From NCBI GenBank assembly GCA_012840855.1, contig DUVX01000096.1:41-64040 (forward strand): a stretch of DNA of 64,000 bases, written 5' to 3'. Shown one piece after another: positions 40,936-51,169 of this stretch (positions within the stretch are counted from its first letter, which is position 1; every line of letters starts with the position of its first letter). Below the pieces are notes generated by a model. That model was not told where the DNA came from, made no database searches, and worked only from the letters and a program-made list of their open reading frames with translations. The DNA is from Bacillota bacterium. Its GTDB lineage: Bacteria; Bacillota; Dethiobacteria; DTU022. The translations under genes were made by a program, and so were the position numbers.

Positions 40936-42840
40936 ATGGGGCCGGAGCAGCAGGCCACAAGGATCGACAGCCGGCTTAGCGCCCTGCTGGATCTGGTAGG
41001 CCGGGTTTATGGAACAGAAGAGATGGTCTTGAAGGCGGGTAAACTGGAGGCGCTTCTCTTGATTCGCTCGCAAAAGCCGGCCCAGCAGCTGCTGGGCTTG
41101 CAGCGTCTCCTGTTTGAGGATCCCACCTTGAGCGAGGCGCCTGCGGAAGAGGAGTACGGGGCTGTTATCACTGATCTTGAAGGGGTTCTCGCCGGCATGA
41201 TGGCCCGGCGGACGCTGGAAGAATCGCTGGAATACAAGATCCGGGAGCGCCTGGAGGAGCAGCACGAGAAATATCTGCAGGAGATAAAAAAAGAGATCGT
41301 CAGGGAATGGAGCGGAGTGGAAAATCCGCAGACGCTTAAAAAATACGCCCGGGCGGAGAAGATGTTCGCCCGGCAGCTCTCCCGCTCCGCCCAGGAGATG
41401 CTCCGACCGTCGCGGTTGGAGCAGATTGTCGGGCAGGACGAGGCGGTGGCCGCGCTTGTCTCTAAACTGGCTTCGCCCTACCCGCCCCATATTATCCTCT
41501 ACGGCCCTCCCGGCGTGGGAAAGACTACCGCGGCGCGTCTGGCCCTGGCGAATGTGCAGGAGATGGCGGGGGCGGTCTTTTCGGAAAATGCACCCTTTGT
41601 GGAGGTTGATGGGGCTACCCTGCGCTGGGACCCCCGTGAGATCGCCGATCCGCTGCTCGGGTCGGTGCATGATCCCATCTACCAGGGGGCACGGCGAAGC
41701 CTGGTGGAGGGCGGGGTCCCCGAGCCAAAACTGGGGCTGGTCTCCGATGCGCACGGCGGAATACTCTTTATCGATGAAATTGGCGAAATGGACTTTGCAC
41801 TGCAGAGCAAGCTGCTCAAGGTTTTGGAGGACAAACGGGTCAATTTCGACTCGGCCTATTATGATCCTACCGATACAGAGGTGCCCAAGTACATCCGGCT
41901 TCTTTTTGAAAAGGGTGCCCCGGCCGATTTTGTTTTGATCGGGGCCACCACCCGCCCGCCGGAGGCGATCTCGGCGGCGCTGCGCTCGCGCTGCTCGGCA
42001 GTCTACTTTGAACCGCTCACGCCTCACGAGATAGAAAAAATTGTGCACAGCTCAGCCGCCCGGTTAAATCTGGCTATCGAGCCGGAAGCGGCCCGCCTGG
42101 TGAGCGGCTACACCTGCGAGGGCAGGCGGGCGGTGAGCCTGCTGATCGACGCATACGGGCGGGCCCTTTACGAGGATCGGTACCGCGGTGAGGGGGAGCG
42201 GCAGTTCGTTGTCACCGCCGCATTGATGCAAAAAGTGCTGGCGAGCAACCGCTATTTTCCCTTAAACCCCGTATGGACCGGCGACAGGACCGAAACCGGG
42301 CGGGTGCTGGCTCTCGGGGTGAGCGACTATACCGGGCAGGTGCTGGAGATCGAAGCGCTTGCTTTCCCCGCCGCCAAATCGGGCAGGGGGGAGATCCGTT
42401 TCAACGAAACAGCTGGCTCGATGGCCCGGGACTCTGTTTTCGTAGCGGCTTCCCTGCTGCGCAGTTTGACAGGTGTCGATATAAAAGATTTTGACCTGCA
42501 TCTCAACGTAGTCGGAGGGGGCAACATAGACGGGCCTTCCGCCGGAGCGGCCATCTTTCTGGCCATATTGAGCGCAGTGAAAAAGATCCCCCTGCGGCAG
42601 GATTGCGCTGTTACCGGCGAAATATCGCTGCGCGGGCAGCTAAAAACGGTAGGCGGTATTACCGAAAAAATTTACGGAGCCCGCCTGGCCGGACTGAAGA
42701 AAGTAGTGATCCCGCCGGGAAACGGCGCCGGGACCGGCCGTCGCTTCCCTGATATAAAAATTGCTACAGCCGGGGAGGTTGGAGATCTGCTTCCCCACTT
42801 TATGGAAAGCGGCGCTCTCCGGCAGTTGCAGATCAAGTAA
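40936..42840 (+). CDS. Lon-like ATP-dependent protease (AAA+ ATPase plus C-terminal S16 Lon proteolytic domain; sporulation LonC-type arrangement between rplI and dnaB)
   Basis: 634 aa. Walker A GPPGVGKTT. Walker B ILFIDEIGEM. Lon catalytic serine in DGPSAGAAIF with a downstream Lys (KKVVIPP). Confidence 0.75.
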   Translation: MGPEQQATRIDSRLSALLDLVGRVYGTEEMVLKAGKLEALLLIRSQKPAQQLLGLQRLLFEDPTLSEAPAEEEYGAVITDLEGVLAGMMARRTLEESLEYKIRERLEEQHEKYLQEIKKEIVREWSGVENPQTLKKYARAEKMFARQLSRSAQEMLRPSRLEQIVGQDEAVAALVSKLASPYPPHIILYGPPGVGKTTAARLALANVQEMAGAVFSENAPFVEVDGATLRWDPREIADPLLGSVHDPIYQGARRSLVEGGVPEPKLGLVSDAHGGILFIDEIGEMDFALQSKLLKVLEDKRVNFDSAYYDPTDTEVPKYIRLLFEKGAPADFVLIGATTRPPEAISAALRSRCSAVYFEPLTPHEIEKIVHSSAARLNLAIEPEAARLVSGYTCEGRRAVSLLIDAYGRALYEDRYRGEGERQFVVTAALMQKVLASNRYFPLNPVWTGDRTETGRVLALGVSDYTGQVLEIEALAFPAAKSGRGEIRFNETAGSMARDSVFVAASLLRSLTGVDIKDFDLHLNVVGGGNIDGPSAGAAIFLAILSAVKKIPLRQDCAVTGEISLRGQLKTVGGITEKIYGARLAGLKKVVIPPGNGAGTGRRFPDIKIATAGEVGDLLPHFMESGALRQLQIK

Positions 42841-42854
42841 GGAGAATCAATTAG

Positions 42855-44210
42855 ATGGCTCTCACAGTTGACCGGGTTCCCCCGCAGAGCATCGAAGCGG
42901 AGCAGTCCGTCCTGGGGTCGATGATTATCGAAAAAGAAGCGATCTTTGTTGTAGCGGAGCTGCTCCAGGAGAGCGATTTTTACCGCACGGCCCATCAAAA
43001 GATCTTCGAGGCGATCATCGCTTTGAGCGAAAAAGGAGAGCCCGTAGATCTGGTTACCCTGGCCGATGAGCTGCAGCGCCGGCACGCTCTCGAGGCGGCG
43101 GGCGGTACGGCCTATCTCAGCGCCCTGGCCGGAGCGGTGCCCACAGCGGCGAATGTGCAGTACTACGCCCTGATCGTGCGCGATAAGGCGATACTGCGTT
43201 CACTGATCAATACCGCCACCAGGATTGTAGCCGGCTCTTTCGAGGGGCCTCCCGATGTGGAAGAATTTCTGGACAGCGCAGAACAGCAGATCTTTGAGAT
43301 CGGCCGGCAGGGCCAGCGGGAGGGTTTTGTCCCCTTAAAGGAGGTTCTCAAGGAAGCCTTTGACCGGATCGAGCACCTCTTTGACGATAAAAAAGGAGTC
43401 ACCGGGCTCTCCTCCGGCTTTACCGATCTGGATATGATCTGCTCGGGTCTGCAGCCCTCAGACCTGATCATCGTTGCTGCCCGGCCCAGCATGGGCAAGA
43501 CGACTTTGGCCTTGAACATGGCTCACCATGTGACCGTTAAGCAGAGGAAGCCAGCTGCATTTTTTAGCCTGGAGATGTCCCGGGAGCAGCTGGCCCAGCG
43601 GATGCTCTGTGCTGAAGCGAAGATCGATGCCCACAACCTGCGCCGCGGATTCCTTTCGCAGGAGGAGTGGCAGAAACTGACGCGCGCTGTCGGCCCCCTA
43701 GGTGAAGCGCCGCTCTATGTGGATGACTCGGCCTCGCTTTCAGTGATGGAGGTGCGCGCAAAGGCGCGCCGCCTGAAAGCGGAAAGGGGGCTGGAGGCTG
43801 TCTTTGTCGACTACCTTCAGCTGATGCGCGGTTTCAGCAGGGCAGAGAACAGGCAGCAGGAACTTTCCGAAATATCGCGCTCTTTAAAGGCGCTGGCCAA
43901 AGAACTCAACATACCGGTGGTGGCGCTCTCGCAGCTGAGCCGGGCTGTAGAAAAGAGAGAGAGCCGCCGCCCTATCCTCAGCGATCTCATGGAATCGGGA
44001 GGAATCGAAGCGAACGCCGATGTGGTGCTTTTCATCTACCGGGAATCCTACTATCACCGGGATACGGACAAGGGAAATATTGCTGAAATTATCATCGCCA
44101 AGCAGCGTAATGGCCCCGTGGGGACGATTGAGCTCTGCTTTCTCGATCGTTTCAACTGCTTCGCCAATATTGCCCGCACGGAGAGGGTTGAAGCGGCGCC
44201 GAGCATGTGA
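42855..44210 (+). CDS. dnaB: Replicative DNA helicase (DnaB family)
   Basis: 451 aa. The N-terminal domain has IEAEQSVLGSMI. RecA-like domain with Walker A GKTTLALNMA. No intein. Confidence 0.95.
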   Translation: MALTVDRVPPQSIEAEQSVLGSMIIEKEAIFVVAELLQESDFYRTAHQKIFEAIIALSEKGEPVDLVTLADELQRRHALEAAGGTAYLSALAGAVPTAANVQYYALIVRDKAILRSLINTATRIVAGSFEGPPDVEEFLDSAEQQIFEIGRQGQREGFVPLKEVLKEAFDRIEHLFDDKKGVTGLSSGFTDLDMICSGLQPSDLIIVAARPSMGKTTLALNMAHHVTVKQRKPAAFFSLEMSREQLAQRMLCAEAKIDAHNLRRGFLSQEEWQKLTRAVGPLGEAPLYVDDSASLSVMEVRAKARRLKAERGLEAVFVDYLQLMRGFSRAENRQQELSEISRSLKALAKELNIPVVALSQLSRAVEKRESRRPILSDLMESGGIEANADVVLFIYRESYYHRDTDKGNIAEIIIAKQRNGPVGTIELCFLDRFNCFANIARTERVEAAPSM

Positions 44211-44224
44211 GAAAGGATAGAGCG

Positions 44225-45619
44225 ATGCTTAAAAAGTACGATGTCATCATTGTGGGGGCGGGTCCGGCCGGCATCTTCGCCGCGCTGGAGCTGAGCCGCC
44301 GGAAGGGAGCCCGGGTAGCGCTTCTCGACAGGGGTGCGGCCCTCGGAAAGCGCAAATGCGCCACCCTGGGCGAATACGGACGTTGCCTGCGTTGCGATCC
44401 CTGCGCGATCACCTGCGGCTGGGGCGGTGCCGGGGCCTTCAGCGACGGCAAGTTGACTCTCTCCCCGGAATTCGGGGGCAGCCTGAATGAGTACCTGGCG
44501 CCGTCCCGGCTGGAGCAATTGATTCAGTATGTAGACGGGGTCTACCTGGAGCATGGCGCCACCGATATCCTCTACGGCACCGACACGGCGGCAATTAAAA
44601 AACTCCAGCGCGATGCCGCTGCGGCGGGGCTGCACCTGATTCCGGCGCTGCTGAGGCATCTGGGCACAGAAAACTGCTATCGCGTTCTCGAAAAGCTCTA
44701 CTCCCGCCTGGATAAAGAGGTCGATATCGCCACCGGCACCGAAGTCGCCGCTCTCCTGACCTCCGGCGGGAAGGCGGCGGGTGTGGAGCTCGCCTCGGGG
44801 AAGCAGCTTCATGCAGATTACGTGATCTGCGGTCCGGGAAGAGCGGGCGCCATGTGGATGCATGGAGAAGCCTCCCGCCTGGGATTGAAGGGGTTGAACA
44901 ACCCCGTCGATATCGGACTGCGAATCGAAGTGCCGGCGGTGCTCCTCGACGATCTTACCAGTAAAGTTTACGAATCCAAGCTGATCTACTTCTCCCGTTC
45001 CTTCGACGATCGTGTCCGCACCTTCTGCATGAATCCTTACGGCGTCGTCGTCACAGAGAACAACGGCGGCCTGGTGACGGTCAACGGACACAGCTACGCG
45101 GAGAAACGCAGCGAAAACACCAATTTTGCCCTCCTCGTGAGTAAAACATTTACCGAGCCCTTTACTGAGCCTATTCGCTACGGTAGATATATCGCCAGCC
45201 TGGCCAATATGCTCGGTGACGGTGTCATGGTGCAGCGCTTAGGGGATCTGCAGATGGGCCGCCGCTCCACGGCTGAGCGGATCAGCCGCGGCATGGTCCG
45301 GCCGACCCTGCGGGAGGCGACGGCAGGAGATCTGAGCCTCGTACTGCCCTACCGCCACCTTCTTTCGATCATGGAGATGCTCGAAGCTTTGGATAGGTTG
45401 GTCCCCGGGATCAATTCACCGCACACCCTCCTTTACGGAGTGGAAGTTAAATTTTACTCTTTCCGCCTTCGCCTGACCCCCTGTCTGGAGACCGAAATAC
45501 CCAATCTTTTTGCCGTCGGTGACGGAGCCGGCGTCACCAGGGGACTCGTCCAGGCGTCGGCCTCGGGGGTCCTGGCGGCGAGGGAGATCAGCCGCCGGCT
45601 GGGCTGCCGCCCTGAATAA
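44225..45619 (+). CDS. FAD-dependent dehydrogenase of the COG2509 type (FAD/NAD(P)-binding with a Cys cluster)
   Basis: YDVIIVGAGPAGIFAA Rossmann motif and CATLGEYGRCLRCDPCAITCGWGG. The start is placed at MLKKYD. Confidence 0.6.
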   Translation: MLKKYDVIIVGAGPAGIFAALELSRRKGARVALLDRGAALGKRKCATLGEYGRCLRCDPCAITCGWGGAGAFSDGKLTLSPEFGGSLNEYLAPSRLEQLIQYVDGVYLEHGATDILYGTDTAAIKKLQRDAAAAGLHLIPALLRHLGTENCYRVLEKLYSRLDKEVDIATGTEVAALLTSGGKAAGVELASGKQLHADYVICGPGRAGAMWMHGEASRLGLKGLNNPVDIGLRIEVPAVLLDDLTSKVYESKLIYFSRSFDDRVRTFCMNPYGVVVTENNGGLVTVNGHSYAEKRSENTNFALLVSKTFTEPFTEPIRYGRYIASLANMLGDGVMVQRLGDLQMGRRSTAERISRGMVRPTLREATAGDLSLVLPYRHLLSIMEMLEALDRLVPGINSPHTLLYGVEVKFYSFRLRLTPCLETEIPNLFAVGDGAGVTRGLVQASASGVLAAREISRRLGCRPE

Positions 45620-45839
45620 ATTATGGTGCACCAGGTAATTATAGCCACATAGAAGAGAGCACCACCGTCCCCGGGATTTAGATTACCGGCAGCGGCAGGG
45701 ATTTTTTTCTTTTAGGGAGCAGGAATTTCAGGTTTTGCAGCGAAATGATTAAGGCATTTTAATAATTGTTAAGAAGTAGTATTAGTATTAACAATTGTGT
45801 TTCGCAGCAGTCTTTAACCGTGAGCCCTAAAGGAGGTTT

Positions 45840-47228
45840 TTGATGAGATCCCAGAGTGGCCGATTATGGACAGCGGCGCTACGCAAAAGATTGCAGCGCG
45901 CTTACCGTAACAGCGAGCTGAGGAAACTGCGGCTGTGGTTTGAGGGTAAAACCCTGCACTGGTCGCTTTACCTGGTGCTGGCATCGCTTTTGATCAGCGT
46001 GCTTTTGGGGGTGCATCATTACCGCTCTTCTTTTTTCTACATAGTCAATGTGGAGGGGGAGGAGATCGGTATGGTTCATGATGAGGGCGTGGTGAAGCAA
46101 TTCCTCGACGATCTCACGTCAAAGTGCAGCTCCTTCTACGGGATGCCCGTGGAGCTCGAGCAGGAAGTTACCCTGAACCGTGAATATCGCTCCTCCGGTG
46201 AAGAAAATCCCGGCGCTGTGCAAGAGGCTCTCCGCCGGCAGATCAGGCTGGTCACCGATGCGGTCATGCTGACGGTGGATCAGGTTCCTGTTGTTCCGCT
46301 GAGGTCGGAGAAAGAGGTTGACGAGGTGGTCGATCTGCTTAGCAACCGCTTCGCCAGCCAGGTAGGCGATAAAAACCTGCTGAAGACTTGCCTGGTTGAG
46401 GAGGTTGGTGCGGCACCGTGCTGCGTTTCTCCGGAGAGGGTTTGCGCTCCCGGGGAAGTGGCGGAGCTGCTGTGCGGTGATGGAGAGATCGAAGAGGGCC
46501 GGGCGCTTCTGGCCAGCAGGGCGGGGGAGAAATTGCAGCTGGAAGAGGCGCTGCCGCAGGTACATGTGCAGACTGTTGAAAAGATCAGCATTACAGAAAC
46601 TATCCCTTTCAAGACCAGCTATCGCTATAGCAACAAAATGTGGTATGCGCAGAGCCGTGTGATCACCCGGGGCGAGGCGGGCAAAAAAGAGGTTTCCTAC
46701 CATGTGACCCGTGAAAATGGCCGGGAGATTGCCCGTAAGAAAGTAGATGAAAGGATTCTCCAGGAGCCGGTTACCAAAGTGGTGGAGAAAGGAACCGCCC
46801 GGGCCCCCTCGCTGGGCAGCGGCCGTTTTCTCTGGCCCGTGGAGGGCGGCGGCAAGATCAGCTCCGGATACCGTACCGCCGGCAGGCCGGGGCATGTGGG
46901 CATCGATATCTGGCACAGTAATGGCATCAATACCCGGATCCTCGCTGCAGACAGCGGAGCGGTGGTAGAAACAGGCTGGGACCCTGCCCGGGGCAACTAT
47001 ATCGTGCTCTATCACGGTTCTTACTACACCGTCTACGCCCACAACCGGGTGAACAGGGTCTCCGCAGGGGATACAGTCAGCCGGGGTCAGTGTATCGCCT
47101 TGATGGGAAACACCGGCCGCACCTATGGCCGGACGGGGGTGCACCTTCACTTCGAAGTCCGCCTGGGCCAGTTGAAGAAATGGTCGGCCAATCCCACGGT
47201 TAATCCTCTGAATTTCTTCAGCCCTTAA
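45840..47228 (+). CDS. M23 family metallopeptidase with N-terminal TM anchor and long linker
   Basis: 462 aa. HVGIDI, YAHN and GVHLHFEV motifs in the C-terminal 130 aa. Confidence 0.85.
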   Translation: MMRSQSGRLWTAALRKRLQRAYRNSELRKLRLWFEGKTLHWSLYLVLASLLISVLLGVHHYRSSFFYIVNVEGEEIGMVHDEGVVKQFLDDLTSKCSSFYGMPVELEQEVTLNREYRSSGEENPGAVQEALRRQIRLVTDAVMLTVDQVPVVPLRSEKEVDEVVDLLSNRFASQVGDKNLLKTCLVEEVGAAPCCVSPERVCAPGEVAELLCGDGEIEEGRALLASRAGEKLQLEEALPQVHVQTVEKISITETIPFKTSYRYSNKMWYAQSRVITRGEAGKKEVSYHVTRENGREIARKKVDERILQEPVTKVVEKGTARAPSLGSGRFLWPVEGGGKISSGYRTAGRPGHVGIDIWHSNGINTRILAADSGAVVETGWDPARGNYIVLYHGSYYTVYAHNRVNRVSAGDTVSRGQCIALMGNTGRTYGRTGVHLHFEVRLGQLKKWSANPTVNPLNFFSP

Positions 47229-47246
47229 ATTTCCAAACGGATCTGT

Positions 47247-47281
47247 AAAGGGGCTGTCCGTAAAGGGCGGCCCCTTTTTTG
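47247..47281 (+). terminator. Intrinsic terminator after the M23 gene (GC-rich hairpin plus T6)
   Basis: aaaGGGGCtgtccgtaaagggcgGCCCCtttttt. Confidence 0.6.
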
Positions 47282-47303
47282 TCATGGGGAAATCGGCAGG
47301 GAT

Positions 47304-48053
47304 TTGCACCCCGGGAAAAGAAGTAAATCAGGTCTACTTTTTTTAAGGAGCGATCATTTGACTGCGCGGATACTGGTAGTCGACGACGAGCGGCCCATCG
47401 CCGAGATCTTGAAGTATAATCTGGAGAGGGAAGGGTATGAGGTTGTCCTGGCCTTCGATGGCGAGGAAGCGCTGGAGCGCCTGGAAGAAAAGGAGCCCGA
47501 TCTGATCCTCCTCGATATCATGCTGCCCAAAAAGGACGGTTTCGCCGTATGCCGCGAGATTCGGGCTCATAAAGAGATCCCCATCATCATGCTGACGGCG
47601 AAAGAATCGGAGCTGGACAAGGTCCTCGGTCTGGAGCTGGGGGCCGACGATTACGTCACGAAGCCCTTCAGTGCACGGGAAGTCATGGCCAGGGTAAAGG
47701 CCACCCTCAGGCGTACCCGCGCTTTTGTCGGGGGGGGACAAAAAAAATGGCGCCAGGGCGATCTTCTTGTCGATCCGGAGACGATGCAGGTTTTTAATCG
47801 CGGCCGTCCGGTGGATCTGACGCCCAAAGAGTTCGATCTCTTAGCGGTGCTGATCCAGAGGCCGGGACGTCTTTTCAACCGGCAGCAGCTGCTTAACTCC
47901 GTCTGGGGATACGATTTTTACGGCGACGAGCGGACGGTTGATGTGACGATCAGGCGGCTGCGGGAGAAGCTGGAGTTAAACCCCGCCGAGCCGGAATATA
48001 TACATACCAAGAGGGGTGTGGGCTATTATTTCAGGCAGAAGCATCCGTTTTAG
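47304..48053 (+). CDS. walR: Cell-wall homeostasis response regulator WalR (YycF)
   Basis: Near-identical block to WalR (IPIIMLTAKESELDKVLGLELGADDYVTKPFSAREVMARVKATLRR; WGYDFYGDERTVDVTIRRLREKLE). The true start may be an internal TTG/ATG. Confidence 0.85.
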   Translation: MHPGKRSKSGLLFLRSDHLTARILVVDDERPIAEILKYNLEREGYEVVLAFDGEEALERLEEKEPDLILLDIMLPKKDGFAVCREIRAHKEIPIIMLTAKESELDKVLGLELGADDYVTKPFSAREVMARVKATLRRTRAFVGGGQKKWRQGDLLVDPETMQVFNRGRPVDLTPKEFDLLAVLIQRPGRLFNRQQLLNSVWGYDFYGDERTVDVTIRRLREKLELNPAEPEYIHTKRGVGYYFRQKHPF

Positions 48054-49869
48054 AAGCCTGCAATGGAAGATTGTGCTGGTCTATTCCCTACTCCTGCTCT
48101 TTGCCCTGCAGCTGATCAGCGTCTACCTGGTGCAGTCGCTGGAGCAGTATTATCTGCATAATTTCAAGACGGGCCTGGAATACCAGGCTCGCCTGCTCGC
48201 TTCATTTCTGGAGCCTTTCTTACGGGATGAGCCTGAGTCATCCGAGGATATCGCCAATCTGGTCCGGGAATTTAGCGGGCTCCGCGAAACGGAGATCGCT
48301 GTTTTGGATTCCTCTGCCCATATCTGCGGCAGCTCCAAAAGCCAAACCCAGGTGGGAGGCCGCCTGATCCGAGATGAGGTGACCAGGGCGCTGGCGGGTG
48401 AGCAGGGAGAGGCGATCCGCCTCGATCCCGCCGCCGGAGAGAGGCGCTGTTACCTCGCTTTTCCCTTGAAAGGGGGAGGCGATGTCAACGGAGTGATCTA
48501 CCTGAGCGGTTCTCTGAAGAAGGTCGACACCGTTTTGAATCAGATCAAGCTGATCCTGCTGAGCGGTTCCGGCCTCGTTTTGGCAATAAGTACGCTTCTA
48601 GGCATGGTTCTAGCGAGGACGATCACCACCCCGATCCAGGAAGTGACCCGGCAGGCGGGGCTGATGGCTCGCGGTGATTTCTCACAGGTGATCAGGGTTA
48701 AATCGGGCGACGAGATCGGCCGGCTGGGCGCATCCTTTAATTATCTCGCCCGGCGGCTGGACCGGAACATAAAAGCGATCTCTACAGAGAAGAGTAAAAT
48801 AGAGGCGATCATCAACCATATGAACGACGGGGTCATCGCTCTCGACGGGAAGGGTCGCCTCATCCATATCAACCCGGCGGCGCAGGCGCTTCTGGACAAA
48901 TTCAGCCAAAGAGAAGAGCATTCACATCGGGGCAGGTACGGTTTCAGCCTGCTTAAAAGCCTGGTGGGGGCGCCGCCGCTGCGCCGGTTTTTGCGCCACC
49001 GCGAGCCGCTCACGCTGGAGGTGGCCCGGGATGCGCCGGCGGTGGCGTTAAAGGTTACCCTTGCTCCTTTCGAGGAGGAGGAGGGGAGGGCGGAGGGCAC
49101 TCTGGTGGTGCTCCATGACGTCACTGTGGAGAGGGCGCTGATCAGGCAGCAGCAGGAATTTGTGGCCGATGTATCGCATGAGCTGAGGACACCCCTGACA
49201 ACGATAAAAAGCTATGTGGAGACGCTTCTCGACGGTGCCGCTGCCGATCCGGCGATTCGCAGCCGTTTTTTGAACGTGCTTAAGCGCGAAACCGACAGGA
49301 TGGTGGATCTGGTCCGGGATCTTCTCGATCTATCCGGTCTCGGCTATAGCGGTGCAGAGCTGCAGAAGAGCAGGGTCGATCTGCCGACCCTGGCCGGTGA
49401 AGCGCTGGAGCAGCTGGAGCAGAAAGGGGAGCTGAAGCGATCAAGGATAGAGCTGGCTCTTTCGCCGGCGCTGCCCCCGCTCTGGGCTGACCGGGAAAAG
49501 ATTATGCGCGTCTTTTTGAACCTGCTCAGCAACGCTATACGGTACACCCCCGCCGACTCCAAGATCAGGATCGGAGCGGCGGAAGGGGGCGAGGAAGGTT
49601 GGGTGCAGGTATTTATCGAAGACAACGGGCCGGGGATCCCCCCGGCGGACCAGGAAAGGATCTTTGAGCGTTTCTACCGCGTGGAGAAAACACGCAGCCG
49701 CGATTACGGAGGAACGGGACTGGGCCTGCCCATCGCCCGCCGGGTTGTCGAGGCTCACGGCGGAAAGATCGGACTGGAGAGCATCGAGGGAGTGGGGACG
49801 AGGGCCTGGTTTAGCCTGCCCGCTGCGGCCCCGCAGAAAGGAGGGGGAGCCGGTGAAGGAGAGGGCTAA
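48016..49869 (+). CDS. walK: Sensor histidine kinase WalK (YycG)
   Basis: 617 aa. The N-terminus SIRFRSLQWKIVLVYSLLLLFALQLISVYLVQSLE mirrors YycG. Extracytoplasmic loop, HAMP, PAS, HisKA (HELRTPLT) and HATPase. Overlaps walR by 38 nt. Confidence 0.85.
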   Translation: MWAIISGRSIRFRSLQWKIVLVYSLLLLFALQLISVYLVQSLEQYYLHNFKTGLEYQARLLASFLEPFLRDEPESSEDIANLVREFSGLRETEIAVLDSSAHICGSSKSQTQVGGRLIRDEVTRALAGEQGEAIRLDPAAGERRCYLAFPLKGGGDVNGVIYLSGSLKKVDTVLNQIKLILLSGSGLVLAISTLLGMVLARTITTPIQEVTRQAGLMARGDFSQVIRVKSGDEIGRLGASFNYLARRLDRNIKAISTEKSKIEAIINHMNDGVIALDGKGRLIHINPAAQALLDKFSQREEHSHRGRYGFSLLKSLVGAPPLRRFLRHREPLTLEVARDAPAVALKVTLAPFEEEEGRAEGTLVVLHDVTVERALIRQQQEFVADVSHELRTPLTTIKSYVETLLDGAAADPAIRSRFLNVLKRETDRMVDLVRDLLDLSGLGYSGAELQKSRVDLPTLAGEALEQLEQKGELKRSRIELALSPALPPLWADREKIMRVFLNLLSNAIRYTPADSKIRIGAAEGGEEGWVQVFIEDNGPGIPPADQERIFERFYRVEKTRSRDYGGTGLGLPIARRVVEAHGGKIGLESIEGVGTRAWFSLPAAAPQKGGGAGEGEG

Positions 49870-51169
49870 GAGCGTGCTGCTCTGTCTGCTGGTGCTCTGC
49901 AGCCTGATTTTGACGTACCAGCTCTGGTTTGGGCAACGGCCGGTGGAGACAACAGCGGAGAGCGATTATGAGCCGGTCTACTTTGACGAAACACGGCCGC
50001 TGTCGCAGATGATCCACCCGCAGCGGATCTATATCTATCGCGAGGAGAAGCGCTACCAGGTCCGCCGCGGTGAACCGGGCTTCGACTTTTTCTGGGAAGA
50101 GCTGTCGGAGTTGCTGCAGGAGATGGCCGAACTGGATTATTATTACGACAAAGAAGGGCTTCTCGATGGAGCTGCCCTCTTTATTTCGATGCAATTCGAA
50201 CCGCGCTTGCCCCTGGGCCCGGAAAGCATCTGGCTGAAGAGCAGGCGTGGCGGCCAGCTGGCGGGGCTGGAGATCTGGCGATGGGAAGAGCGTTACTGGG
50301 CTAAGTTGGAAGAGGCCGGGGGCGCGGCTCCCCTACTGCTGTTGCCGCCGGGTTGGGCGGGGCGGCTGGCGGGGCTCTACGATCGCTTCGAGCCGCAGCC
50401 GGAACAGCTCTGTGAAATGCTGCCGGCGGGGGAGATCATGATGGTACGGCAAACTGCGGTCAAGATCAGCGAATTCGTATGTGTGCCGGCAGCTATCTCC
50501 AGGATGAAGCGGTACTCCTTGAAAAAGGAGCGCCTCGATGAGGAAGCGCTGCTAAAAACTTTCTTTATCAACCGCAATCTTGTCCGCGAGATCAAGGAAA
50601 AGGACGGCGGGCTGATCTACACCGACGGAGAGCAGGGGCTGCGCCTGGAAAGAGGACTTGAATATTCCCATCCCCAGCCGGGGCAGAAGAGAGGCGATCT
50701 TTCTTATCCGGCAGCCCTGTTGAAGGTAGGCAAGCTGCTCGGCTATCACGGCGGCTGGCCCAACAGCCTTTATCTCGAAAATCTTGAGCGGCAGGAGCGG
50801 AGCGGGGGATCAACAGAGGGGCTCTTCAGGGCGCAGTGGCGCAGCTACCTCGACGGTTTTCTTCTGCTGGGGGATAATGGGGTGGAGATGACCTACCAAC
50901 ACGGTCTGCAGAGCTACCGGCGCAATCTTTACGAGCACAGCCAGGGATCCGGCGCCGGGGTGAAGGTGGAAGGCTACCAGGATGCCCTGAGAGCGGCGGT
51001 GAAGTCGCTGCAAGGGAAAGGGGAGCAACAGCTTATCCTGGAAGGGCTGGATCTGGCCTACTACCTTGAAGGGACAGAGGCGGTTCCGGTATGGGTCGTT
51101 CGCCTAAGCGGCGAGGTAATCCCGCTAAAGACAGATAAACTTGTTCCGCCGGAGGGATGGAAACCATGA
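49852..51169 (+). CDS. yycH: WalK regulatory protein YycH-like
   Basis: N-terminal TM (KSVLLCLLVLCSLILTYQLWF) and a periplasmic domain of about 410 aa. Positioned after walK. The start is ambiguous (GTG at 49852 or 49873). Confidence 0.6.

Noticed and set aside
40302-40958. 218-aa minus-strand ORF antisense to rplI, and the 40885..42048 (387-aa) ORF antisense to the Lon-like protease
   Set aside because: They lie opposite genes that have clear homology signatures, so they are shadow ORFs.
44054-45091. 345-aa minus-strand ORF overlapping the dnaB 3' end and the COG2509 flavoprotein
   Set aside because: Antisense to two well-supported genes.
45758-45790. WalR binding site upstream of the M23 gene
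   Set aside because: The 9-bp inverted repeat there does not fit the WalR direct-repeat consensus TGTWAH-N5-TGTWAH on either strand. It is kept only as an unassigned palindrome inside a finding.
46119-47309. 396-aa minus-strand ORF antisense to the second M23 peptidase
   Set aside because: Shadow ORF with no RBS or domain signature.
49664-49851. N-terminal 60 aa or so of the 49664..51169 ORF as part of yycH
   Set aside because: This stretch lies inside the walK 3' end in another frame. The YycH-like protein more plausibly starts at a GTG near the walK stop, where the TM helix begins.
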